Below, in pieces: positions 45,451 through 57,635 of a stretch of 64,000 nt of DNA. How positions within the stretch are numbered: the stretch's first letter is position 1; each line of letters opens with the position of its first letter. The notes under the pieces were generated by a model. The model did not search any database. It was not told the origin of the DNA and saw only the letters and a list, made by a program, of their open reading frames with translations. Both the position numbers and the translations under genes were made by a program. The DNA comes from Tubiluchus corallicola (taxonomy: Eukaryota; Animalia; Priapulida). Location: contig JAQGDQ010000192.1 in NCBI GenBank assembly GCA_030141605.1, forward strand, positions 310,001 through 374,000, written 5' to 3'.

Positions 45451-46315
45451 TATATATATGTTCTAATTAATACAAAAGTTGGAAAACAGTCCCAATGATG
45501 TTAGAAGAAAATTATTCGTTGCTTTTTGTATTTGTAATGATCATGTTCAAACCAGTTTTGTATTTTCTTAACTAACTTAACTGTGCAAGAAGTATTTATT
45601 CTACAAAACTACTATTATTACCTGCATGCCATATGCTAGCACAAGTATATGCTACATTGCTCTATAAACAAACAGAATGTATACATACATTGCTAGTCCA
45701 ATACTGAGTTCAGGAATTTCAGCAAATGTCAGCCCGTAACAGCCTAGTCATAATATTGGATAACAAGAACATGCATATTCTATAAGTTCTGCCTATGTAA
45801 TGTGAGATTGAAAAAGTATTCTAGCTCATAATACTATGGCCTAACATATATGGCTTCTAATATACATTGTACCACTTCCTGGGAAGGATATTGATGCAAA
45901 ACGTTGAATCTGCGGCAGTGTTTCACATACAATGTGGGTGGTATCCAGCCTGTCTTACCATTGTAGTGAATCACAGATGTATATTGATCGTAATACGTCA
46001 AGTTTTCAATTTATGTATAGAAAAATACGTACAGTCTTAGAAGGCCGTTTTCTTGTTATAATGCAATTTTGACAAAAAAATTGTATGACACTTGCATCAT
46101 ACAATTAATCACACAGCTTTAAATCAAACTTTTTCTCCATTTGGTGTGACCTATTTTTAGTGACACATTATTTTTATTATTTTTATTGATTTTTAATTTT
46201 TAGTATAATTTTTATAGTTTAAACAATGTTTAGATATGGACTTGTATGTCTCATTTAATTTTTTTAACTAAGTAAATAAAGTTAAATTAAACCTGATGTC
46301 TTTTCTTTCAAATAG

Positions 46316-46534
<219 letters not shown>

Positions 46535-49500
46535 GATTTCCACTATTGCTTTCTCCCTTTTGTTGCCTTCGTAGTTATGCTGGTATGCAGCTTATTCAAA
46601 TATTGTAGTTCTGTTGCTATTTCGTCATTTTATGAATCGACTACCCTAAATTTTATGTTCTCATTTTCATTGGTGTTTTTAACTGCATGGTTATGCACTG
46701 TACCATGTTTTTGATGTGTAGTTAATGTAGTAGTGCATTAGATTTTATGAACTGTAAAAAGTGTAAAATAACAAGTGGCTTTAAGAAAGTTAGCTTAATT
46801 TATTTAACAATGGCATATTTGTTATATAAGCTTCGAATGAAAAATACATACTAACTTAAGCCTAAATTTGTAGTAATTGCTAGCCATTTTTCTTGGTACT
46901 GTATTTATTTTTCTCATTATGCTTGAGCACAGCATTAATAAAACCATTTTCTGGTTACATTGAGCATGTTTTTTGGCATGAACAGTTTGTATTGTCTGTC
47001 GTAAGATGTTGCAAAGCTGTAGATTGTGATACTATGTTATTAAGTGCTGGAAATTTGATAAGTGCTAGATGGGACCTTGGAATCATTTTAGAATCAATAG
47101 TGACGTTGTAAATGGTATTCCTTTGCAATATAAAATACTAGCATATTCATTTAACTTTTTGAATTTTATATCTCTAGGACTTTTATGAAAATATATGAAT
47201 GTGTTACGACTTACGAGTTTATTCTTACACTGTAATTTTCTGTTAAGTTTTCGTGCAAAAAACGTAATTTTATCACCATTATACCATTTTCTGAGGAAAT
47301 CCAAATTTATTTTGCATGGTGTTTTGGCAAGTCTGTGTGGAGATTCACGTTATTGGGTATAGGATGTAACTTTCTTTGATATATGTACAGGAATAAAATA
47401 ATAATTTTCATCGTTTTCACAATGTTCAATTCATTTTCGAAAGTTGCTTACATTTGTGTTAAGCTCTATACCAAGAGTAAGAATAATAATTATATACTGA
47501 TAAAAATAAATTATACTTATATATACATGTTGAAGTTCATCTGAACAGTGATTTGTCTGACTTGGACTCTGCCTTCCGACAAGCACTGTTAAGCATGCAG
47601 CCAGACACATTTTACTAATTTACTAATTTTAACAAGTAATTAACAAAAAACTAGAAATTTACAAGTGCGCGGAAGATTTTGCCTGATTTGAGGAATTGCA
47701 GTGTTTAAAATACTTTTAATTTTCTACTAATTATGATAAAATAATGACGAGCTGATGATAGGCAACCATGCTGCCTGCATGAAGCATGCCAGTGATGCTA
47801 CCACTTTGACTTGTCCCTTGTTAATTTGCACCACTTTATTAAAAGCAGCATACACAGTTTTTGTTGAGCAGCACTAACAGCACTATAGCCACGTCAGCAG
47901 CAGCTGCAAGAATAACCGCAATAGTTTAGTTATAGTGACCAGTTTTGTGACATTAATGGCCATAAATGTTATTCTGTAATTATGGAGTCACACAAAACTT
48001 TCCACTGTGATGGACACTTAATGGAAAAAATCCCACAGTGAAAAAATTGTCTTCAATTTTTCTATTCAGGAGTTTCTATTAATTTTTCCATTCCCATGTA
48101 TGAGCATTATTTCTATATCTGTTTGGTCATTATTCACCATGATATTGGTAGCATTCTGTACATGCGTTTCACATCATTTGATATAGGTACATAAAAAGTG
48201 AAAATCTATCCCCAGAAAGAAAGAAAAAACTTTAGACAATAATCCATGGGTTTTGGGCATAAAATGTAGGCTATGCGCATACTGTATAAACATAGCAAAT
48301 TTGTAGTGATATTTAATGAGCCACATTTTATGGCACACAAACAAAGTAGCTCCCACAATCCCTCCTCCCTCCATAATCATTTTTCTATGCCCATTGCCAC
48401 AGATGGGAATCTGGTGTTTTCACTCTATTTTTAAATAGCATAATATCTATGCAACAAATACTGGACGTAAGAGTTTAAATTTTAATGGACTGTGAGCCCC
48501 ATGTAAGGTGCAATGAATAGTAAATACTGCGGTTGCCTCTCAGTCCTAGCCAGCATTGCATATTTTCGTTAGTGGTCATTTCGATTCTTCTGCTGAAAAT
48601 GAGTGCCTGGCTATTACCTGCCGTTGACGCTTTTATCATTGTTTTGGCTAATCATCTAGGCCTACTAGCTTATGAAACTACCAGAGTGGTTACATGGCAA
48701 TTTTTCAGTAATGACATATGATACGTTGCTTTTGTAAAAACCGGGATTATGGACATGTTACTTCATCGGTATCAGTTGATGGTTAGCACCTACATTAATT
48801 TGGTTTTCGCTTTTCAGCTGTTTTTACTGTGCATGGCTAATGAAGTCACTTTTGCTTGTAATCTTATTATTTTGTGTGCAATTTTTCTGTAAGTATACCC
48901 TTAACTTCCTTGTAAATTGTTTTATAAATTTTATAAGCTTGAAATAATTCTAGTTACTTAGTGATAAGTAATGTAATGCACCCACATTGCTTCGTTTCTC
49001 TTATGAGCAACTTTAGCTTTTTAGATACTGGGTGTCATTTGGAATTGAGAACATGCAGTTTATTATCTGGGAAAAGGGGTATATTAAATGAGAAGTGTAT
49101 AGCTATTTTTCCGATATCTTTTCCTGATAAACCTTATACGTACGAGTATCTACAAGACCAGCGAACTTGCGTAAGCCAAACTTGGTGCAGCTGTTTTAAG
49201 GTGGAAAGAAAGTCATTCGTCATTGACTTGTAATCTGTGACCTTCCTCCAGAAGCATCTTTGTCCTTCTTCATAGTAAGATAGGGGCGACATTCTTAAGA
49301 TATTTTTGCTACAGTGACACACGCCATTATGGCAAGCTAACATTGTGAAAGATGGACTAATAGTAAGTTACTTTGCTTCAGTAACCTTCTTAACCTTAAT
49401 CTTGGCAACGTGATCTTGGTTTAGCTTGTTTGTCTGAAAAATAATTAACTGTTACGTGATATTGTAGTCTAAAAAGCTTGGCGTTTTTGATTGTCATGCT

Positions 49501-49974
49501 ACTACTTGCACGTTATTTTTTACCATTAGTTTGCAACTTTACTGTACCTTTTTGCATGAACCTCAGCTGCCTTTTGGTGTAGTTACACTTAATTAAAACT
49601 TGAACTTATTGATTTTTTGTCATCAACACTGAAATCCTCTACCTGCTTTTCAGCATTATTACTGTATTAGCAAAAAGTGTTGTAAACTAATGTACAAAAA
49701 ATGCATTTTCTCCCGTATATTGAGTGCTTACTGTTAATCAGAATACTAGATTTGCCCCAACAGCTAGATGATTGATTATCTATTAACAACCAACATTTGC
49801 CCTGCATGTGATTATGCAGGTTATCATTAATCATTATACAAGACGCACCTGCACGAACAACTGTACATGTGGGGTGGGGTCATCTCATTAATATGATTTG
49901 GGGTGGGTATCTTCACTAATAGGAATGCAACCTCTCTATACTGTTAATACTACATCCATGAACTTTTGTTTCAG

Positions 49975-50105
49975 CTCCCACAGCTCGTGAGTTGATGATG
50001 ATGCAAGCTGGTCCGCGTGCAAGTTTTAGTGGATATGGTCCACCCGGACTCGGTGGCTACGGTATGCCTCCGCCACCTATGTTTAACAAATACGATAGAT
50101 GGTGA
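49975..50105 (+). CDS. SERCA: SERCA alternative terminal exon (APTARELMMMQAGPRASFSGYGPPGLGGYGMPPPPMFNKYDRW*)
   Basis: Acceptor cttttgtttcag, branch-like CACTAAT at 49914-49920, phase 1 matches the donor at 46433, GC-rich coding-like island in AT-rich surroundings, 43 open codons to TGA. Confidence 0.8.
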
Positions 50106-51482
50106 AAGTCGCCATTTCACAATGAGTTATAGGAAAATCATTAATATACTTTGACATGTTATGATGTGACAGTTCATAAACACGTGATATGGTAACACTT
50201 GCGTCCGTTGAATTGTTAAAAGTTACATAATAGAACAAAGCCATACAAGGTTATCACGGTTAATTAAAACGAAATTGCACAACTCTTATCAATTCTGCAC
50301 ATGATAAATGAGCCTTTTATACTTAGCTTTTGTTCTTTATCATGATTTAGACAATTACCAGCTTTTAATCTAGAATTATTTTAGACCTTATTAACAAATG
50401 TATGTAGGTATCTCTTCAAAAGTTGTTTTTAGTCACTGAAAAAGCCACCCAGTTTCCTGATTAAAATGACCCAAACTGTTACCAAGTCCTAATATGGGCT
50501 AAATAAAATATAAAATAATTAAATGAATATAAATATAATTATATATATTGTGTAAATACAAACTGTTTTGTTTGTTGTTTTGTAAAGGCTATTATTTATA
50601 GTTTGCTACTATTCACAAAAACTGATGTAATTAGGAGAAAGTGTAGGATTTTAATTGCATGGTTAGTTTAATATCTTAGTACATCATGTATATACCTATG
50701 AATCTCTAGAATTGGTTCGTCGTTTTGATGGTAACTCGATAGGCCTGTTTGATCGACAGAACGTCGTTTCAACAATAATATTATTTATTTCAGATTTTAT
50801 TTACATATGCTTTAGGTAATCATGTACATGTAATGTAAAGTGAGTTTTTCAGATTTTGATGTGAACTTTGAACAATTTTTGCATGTACATTATTGGAGTT
50901 CAAGCTGAATGTGTTTTAGTTTCCGAAAGGTTTGAATGCTATTATATCTGTAACCACTTCTTTGTAATCAGGATTGCAATGAAAGCTGGTATTTTTAGAC
51001 CTATTCTACAATTGATTAACCAACCTAGGACGCACCTGCTAACAGCAGACAAATATTAAATTATAATACACATTGTAAAGCGTTTGAATTGGCTCAAGCC
51101 TGTGGTTTGTTATACTTTTGCTATAGTAAATTAATGTGTTCATGCTAGTCACACAATAGGCATAGGCAAAAAGTATTAACCACTAAGCAATGTTGAAAAA
51201 ACCTAGCTGTATACTAATTTAGATCTAGCAGATGTAGCAGCATAACTTTTTCAATTTAAAGCTGCACACTGTATAGAAGTTTAGGTAGTTTAAGTTAATT
51301 ATTTTCAGAGCTCTTGCCTTTGTTTTTAATGTCACAAATTGTGTTCAAGTCGTCACTGAATCACCTTGAAAAATGCACATTATTCATTATGAAAGTTTAC
51401 TTGATAAGAGATGCACAGCATTACATTTACTGTTAAATATTTCTGTGATTCTTCCCATTGTTTATGGTGTTTTTCATTATCT

Positions 51483-51527
51483 AATAAAGAAGTTGGTTGT
51501 GGATTAACCGTTTCTTCATTTTTTATT
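51483..51527. terminator. Back-to-back polyadenylation signals (SERCA + strand, TMTC4 - strand)
   Basis: AATAAA at 51483-51488 on + followed by GT/T-rich sequence; TTTATT at 51522-51527 is AATAAA on -. Lies between the two convergent stop codons. Confidence 0.55.
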
Positions 51528-52523
51528 GTATCAGAAAAATGATGAATGCGAGGTGATGATCTGCATGAAACTCATGATATTCCACAACATAAGACTGTGC
51601 TTGATACGCAACATAAGCAGAACTTCTCAAACACCAGAGAAGGAACTGATTTCCTTGCACATAATCCTTGTTTAGTTTCCACAAACAAACAGCAATTAAT
51701 CACCATGGAATAGCCTGATTCATCTTACTAATCAAATGCCATATGGCAATTCACCGTCTACAGATGAAACTTGGTAAGCTGCATTCTGGAGGAAGGCAGT
51801 TCATATGACCACATTAATACGAACCTGTGCTCCATTCTGACTTTTTTGCATTTATTTGTTTTAATTTGCTACATATGATTGTCAGTTGAACAAATGAAAT
51901 TAGCAAAATAAAATTAGGCAAGACTTTCTTAGATATAATAGTTTTGATATGCCATTTATTTTGAACTCTGACACAAAACACAGGTACAAGATTAACAAAT
52001 CTCTGCAACACTCTCTAAACATGTAAACACAAGGAACTACAGGATTAACATTAGTAAAATAAAATAATGCTTGATGCCATTAAGACTCAGTAATTATAAT
52101 ACATTGTGCTAGCTTTCAGTCTTTAGCTCTTTACTAGTATTGAAATAATCAATTACTGAAAACACAAACTGGCTATAAGCATAATTCAAAAACCTAATAA
52201 ACTGCATTATACCTGAGTGGTCACAGAGCAAGGTTAAGCAATGCCGAGTCATAAAAGTTTCACCCGCCATAAAAGTACAGTATTTCAACATCCTTGATAA
52301 TGAGATAGATTCCAGCCCCGCCCACACCTATTTCCATTAAGTTGGTCTAGAATTGAGTGCAGAAGCGTATAGAACAAAATTAAAAACATGCGTCATTTAA
52401 TAAAATAATTACATACGTTCAAAGTAGCAATGACTGAAAGTTTGGTACAATAGAATATACTGTACTGAAAATCAATGACATTCTCATTTTTGGTACTTCA
52501 ATGTATGCAGAATGTGCAATACA

Positions 52524-52542
52524 CTATATATATATATATATA
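52524..52542. repeat. (TA)n microsatellite in the TMTC4 3' UTR region
   Basis: tatatatatatatatat run. Confidence 0.85.
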
Positions 52543-52948
52543 CAATGAAATACCTTTGTTTTATAACAGTTAGTGCTATGTTATTATTTTCCTAATCCAC
52601 ACACATTCTTTCATTGTATAATTAAAAAATACAGTTAGGTAATTAAGCTTGTATAGTATCTTTTGGAGAAATAATTTTGATGAGGCAGCCAGTAACTTGG
52701 AGTCTCTATCAGTTCAAGGTCAAAACAGATCAAAACTGGAAAACTGGCTTTTGATGAGTGATGGTGGTGGTGCAAAGTTGGCTTGCAGCAGGTCGTCTAA
52801 AAGCTGCAGGGAAATGAACTTAACTGTTCACTTGAATAAGCCGATGCCAAAATCCGATGTCATTTGAAGACCACCAGAAGAAAAAATGGAAAATGAATCA
52901 TACACAGTAACACTACCTACAGCAGTAATTAGTATCAGAATGTTGATA

Positions 52949-53488
52949 TTAGCTATCCTCGCTTTCTCTTATTAGTCTAATGAGCTTTACCAGATTTTGC
53001 TGTGTCTGCTCCAATGTCGGATTCAGCTCTAGAGCTCTCTGGTAAGCTCTATGTGCATCATCGACTCGTTTCCACCGGTGGTACAATACACCAAGGTTAC
53101 CCCAATAGTTGCCATTTAGTTCATCTGCATTGATAGCTACCAAAAAATGTTTTTCAGCTTCAGAATATTTTTCTAGCTTTCCTAAGATGTTTCCAAGATG
53201 AAAATGAATAGACGATGCTTCAGGAAGTACCCGGAGTGCTTTCCTCGCAATGTTCTCAGCATCTTGCAGCGAGCCATTTTTTTCTAGCATGACAATCATG
53301 TTATTCCAAGCATTAACGTGACTTGGACGCAGTTGTGTAGCATTTGTCCATGCATTCAATGCTTTCTGATGCTGCTGTTTCTCAAGATATAGGTTGCCAA
53401 GGTTGTAATAGCAGTCAGAATAGTTGCGTCGGTGCTTAAGGGCAATGATGTAACTCAGTTCGGCTTCTTCATATTTCCCCAAGCTGGT
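52949..53488 (-). CDS. TMTC4: TMTC4 coding exon 3 (C-terminal TPR repeats to stop)
   Basis: 540 nt from ctttag|ACCAGC; DCYYNLG, ALNAWTNAT, AWNNMI and GNLGVLYHRW resemble TMTC4 specifically. Total about 855 aa. Confidence 0.93.
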   Translation of the reverse strand, partial: TSLGKYEEAELSYIIALKHRRNYSDCYYNLGNLYLEKQQHQKALNAWTNATQLRPSHVNAWNNMIVMLEKNGSLQDAENIARKALRVLPEASSIHFHLGNILGKLEKYSEAEKHFLVAINADELNGNYWGNLGVLYHRWKRVDDAHRAYQRALELNPTLEQTQQNLVKLIRLIRESEDS

Positions 53489-53901
53489 CTAAAGCAAAAG
53501 CATTCATTAAAATTACAAAAATGCATCAAATATTCATCTAGAAAGTTAAAATTAGGAATAAAATTGAAAATTCACATATCTTTCTACGGATCAGAGTGGG
53601 AAATTATACCAATTTGGCATCTAACAGGATCAGCATACCTTATGGGTTGGTGATTTTATGTTAACACTTTTTACTAGCATCATAATGTAATTTTTTATTC
53701 ATATTTTTCATGAGATTTCATGATCTTTATGATAACTGAAAGTGATTTTGTCATAATTTAGTAAGATTCTTAATGTGTTATTCATTTATTTTGTACATTT
53801 TGTTTTACATTGATAATATTTAATTTACATATTGTAGTGAGCTTATAAACAATAAATTCTAACTGTAATTGTGACTGTGACTGTGTTATAAAAAAACAAT
53901 A

Positions 53902-54338
53902 ATGTGTTCCCTCGCTAGTTTGTGGGTCGTTTGTCGCGGACTCGCTGTTTCCCGGGTTTTCAAAAATATTAATGTAAAACATTTATCGCGGTATTTCGCT
54001 GTTTCCCGGGTTTTCCAAAATATTAATGTAAAACATTTATCGCGGTATTTTCGCTGTTTCGTGGGTTTTTGCAGTGCTCTGTCTAAAGTATTTTTGCACA
54101 TGCGTAGTACGTATTGTATAGATTTGATGAATTTTGCATAAAAAATTACAAAATGAACAAAAATATATTAAAAATAAGATAAAAACAAAAAGAATATTAT
54201 AAAAGTGTGGGGAGGGTTTATAAAGACTTAAAATAATGTATAACTTACTAAAATAAGTATAGCGTCCCTACTTCGCGGAAATTCGCTTATTGCGGGTGGG
54301 CTTGGAACGGAACACCCGCGATAAGTGAGGGAACACTG
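53902..54338. mobile_element. Tc1/mariner (Tigger/pogo-like) MITE in TMTC4 intron
   Basis: Right end cccgcgataagtgagggaacactg|TA is the reverse complement of the decayed left end atgtgttccctcgctag; internal ~55-nt tandem duplication at 53943-54060; CpG-rich relative to flanks. Confidence 0.75.
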
Positions 54339-56134
54339 TACAGAAGATGCATCGAAAATTTCATCTTTATAGGTGTACAGCTTTTGTACGCTTCTCAAGC
54401 AACATTTGATATGTGTGTGTGCTTTCATAGCAAAATCGTCCATAAGTCGGCTATTAAGCTTTTCTAGCTATTCACATATCTTGAATCTCCATTTCATGAG
54501 GATCATTTTGATACTAAGCTTATTGCTCTATATAGTTTCTAAGCTGAGATAATCCACGTTGAAGTTGAAGTGCATGCTACGCACTGAAAAACATAATCTT
54601 GAGAAAAAATTTGCCATTGTTTTTTGTCGTATTTGTACAAAACCCTTAGCAACCGCACAAATGTTGGTTGCTATGGACTTTGCAAGAACACGTGAAAGTT
54701 ATGTTTAAATCTAGTAGATGGCTCTTCCTGACGAAAATCTGGGCTTGGCAACAGTAAAAACCCGAAGCAAAATGACAGCTTCCGGGAGCTATAATCAGAG
54801 TTTGAAAACACAAGTTTTTTACAATTGCAGTACTAGTTTCTAGCCAAAAACGAGGGCACGGGTTATAAAATTAAATTTTTAGCATTTTTTGAACAATTTC
54901 TTGATAATTTTATGCTAGAATATAAAGGTCCAGTATATTTAGCATTTGTTTTTATAAAAAACAGAAAATTGACATTAGATCAAATTTTTTATGCATTCTA
55001 CTTTTAAGCATCACAACGTAGCTTTAACTATGCCGACTTGTGGACGGTTTTGGTATGCAAGCACACATATCATATCCTGCTGGCTCATCTTAGAAACCAG
55101 AGCCATTGGTTTCAGTGGATGAATCACGAACTGGTTTATTACTTTACACAGGTTATCATTTTCTTGCATTATATTCTTTTCAGCAAGCAGGAGCCAAAAG
55201 GAACAACATTACTGCTAACAAATAACTATGTAATTTTAACCTGCACAACCTGTGTAAGCAGATTAAAGATGGTCCACATGCTTAGCGAAAGATGAAAAAC
55301 AAAAGGATGCAACATATAGTAGTTTCAAAATTGCAACCAGGACTATAAGTCCACTCGGCAATTACTGAGTGTTATCAGAGGCATTTGGAAATACAGTATA
55401 CTCCACTTAATAAATCCACAATGATGCTGATGCAAGCTAAATGGATTTATTAAGCGGCTGGATTTATAAACTGAAGAGAACATTAAGTAGCATTTTATGT
55501 TAATACAGTGGACGTAATTTATTTATTAAACCAATTCTCTTAACACACATTAAAAAAGTTTTTAAGTAAAGTGCAATAATTTATTAGCATTCGTAATATT
55601 AAAGTAATTCGCGTAAAGTATGTATTATTTAACAGTGGTAGCATTAGCTTTTATATGTGACAAAATGCTTGCTAAGCTAAAAAATGCAATACATGTAATT
55701 TTAAAGTCAGCATTGATTCACTGAATATTCATTTATTTGAGTCATTAACATTCTTGCAGTTACGCTGGTTTGTCAGTTAAAATCGGCGTTTTAGTTCAGC
55801 CTAATTGCATGTATGTGCAAAAGGAATATGCAGTAGACTATTTACACAGCAGATAAGTTTGAATTCGAAACGTATCCAGTGTGGTCTATTTTAGTAGACA
55901 TTTTATCGAAGACATGATTGAATGACTTGCGTGAATTTGAAGCGCAATCACTGTTCTACAGTCCACAGAGTGCTCAGTGTTTCCAGTGTGGCACTTCAGC
56001 AGCTGATATAGTTATGTTTGGTTCAAATTCACTATCGTCAAGTTGAAACGCAGCCCATATGTTTGGTCTTACATCACAGTTTCATTGTCTTCACAGCGCG
56101 CAAAGTGTATTCAAAGATTTATAAAGCGAAGTTT

Positions 56135-56290
56135 GGATTTAATAAATGGCAACTTTTAGTAGGTTAATGTACTATACAGTTCCGTTCCAGCAATAGTTGC
56201 AACAATACGCGGCTGGATTTAACAAATGGAGCTTTTAGTATGTTAATGTATTATATAGTACCATTCCAGCAATACTGACAACAATAAGTG
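56135..56290. repeat. Two-copy tandem repeat, period about 79 nt
   Basis: ggatttaa.aaatgg..cttttagta.gttaatgta.tata.agt.cc.ttccagcaata occurs twice. Confidence 0.75.
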
Positions 56291-56705
56291 CCTTCTACTG
56301 TATAACTTGAACAAATAAACAGATGCAAGATCCTACAACATAATCATAACTGAACTATCTTTTCAATATCCTAATCGGGGTAGAAGCTCTGGCATTTTAT
56401 GTGACAATACTTTGATAGGATATACAGTTGCTTTACCTAGCAGCAGAATGCACTAACTGTTGTGACTATGAAGTTCTTTTATGTGACAAAAATGATATAT
56501 TTATTTTTCTTAATGAAATGGTAGCGTGTATCCTACACACAACTACGTGTATGCATTGGTCTGCATCTATTGTTCAGTCACTATTGCTCTGCATCTGTCT
56601 AGCATTTTGCTCCCACTAGGGAGAACATATATCAGTTGTAAAACTGTCTGTTTCAAACCTAATTCCATGTTACATCTTCAATAAAATTATGTTTAAACCA
56701 AGTAC

Positions 56706-56899
56706 CTGTATAATGCCAAGATTCATCCAACCAGCTGCAAACGAAGGTCGTAGTTCCACAGCTCGTTTCAATAGCTGCTCTGCCTCTTGTTCTTTGCCCA
56801 TGTCTTTAAGCAAATTTCCAAGATTATTAAGTGCTTGATCGTACTGTGGATTGAGCAAAATTGCGTTCCGATACCTGTTTATCGCTACTTCAGTGTTTC
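56706..56899 (-). CDS. TMTC4: TMTC4 coding exon 2 (TPR repeats GNTEVAINRYRNA...WMNLGIIQ)
   Basis: 194 nt, tttctag|...|gtact, phase 1 to 0 compatible with both neighbours. Confidence 0.93.
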
Positions 56900-57635
56900 C
56901 TAGAAAGACAAAACAAAATAAAAATAACAATGAGTTTAGAATTTGACACAACTTACTTATTGAAGTAGAAAATTGGAATTCTAATATTGAGCGCAGGAAC
57001 ATACTTTCTCACTAAATAGAGACTGTAAGCGTGTGATACCGAGCGCGTTGATTCATATGACTTTTTTGTTTACAATCTATCGCACATTACGTAATTTGAT
57101 AATAAATATTAGGTATAGGGCCTCCTAACTTAAAATTTCTGTCATCAAACTTCAAAAAATTGGAGACCCTACTGGTGGCTTTTGGAGAGAATGGAATAAC
57201 TGTAAAAACTCAACTCTGAAAAAATACTGAAAGTTCTCATTTTTTTACATTCGATTCTGAATCATACAAGCTGCAACCAGTGTTCATGATAGGGCCTTTT
57301 CAAACTGGATGGTTCTGGCAACACAGGAACCTTATCAAGGCTATACCTCTAAGATGAACTGGCTGAAGTATCTTAACAATGTTTGGACTATGCCGTATCT
57401 TAACGTCTGTATCTAAACATCATTACGTGCACGAGTGTACAGCCTCCCTCCAAGAAGTAAACAGCCAGAATCAGGATAACAAATGAGATCGTCCAAAGTG
57501 AGAATCAGAGCAGTTGTACCCATCCATTAAATGACCAACCCCAAAGCAGGTTGTGCTATTTTTAACTTCCGTCGACAAATACGTTCAAATTGCGCTTTGA
57601 AGGACACAAGGTTTACAAATAAAAAATTACCTTAC

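Noticed and set aside
48070-48193. Phase-compatible 41-codon ORF after an acceptor as another SERCA C-terminus
   Set aside because: Composition is intron-like with no resemblance to known tails; indistinguishable from chance.
53886-54443. ORFs with repeated KYRDKCFTLIF peptide
   Set aside because: Derived from the internal tandem duplication of a non-coding MITE.
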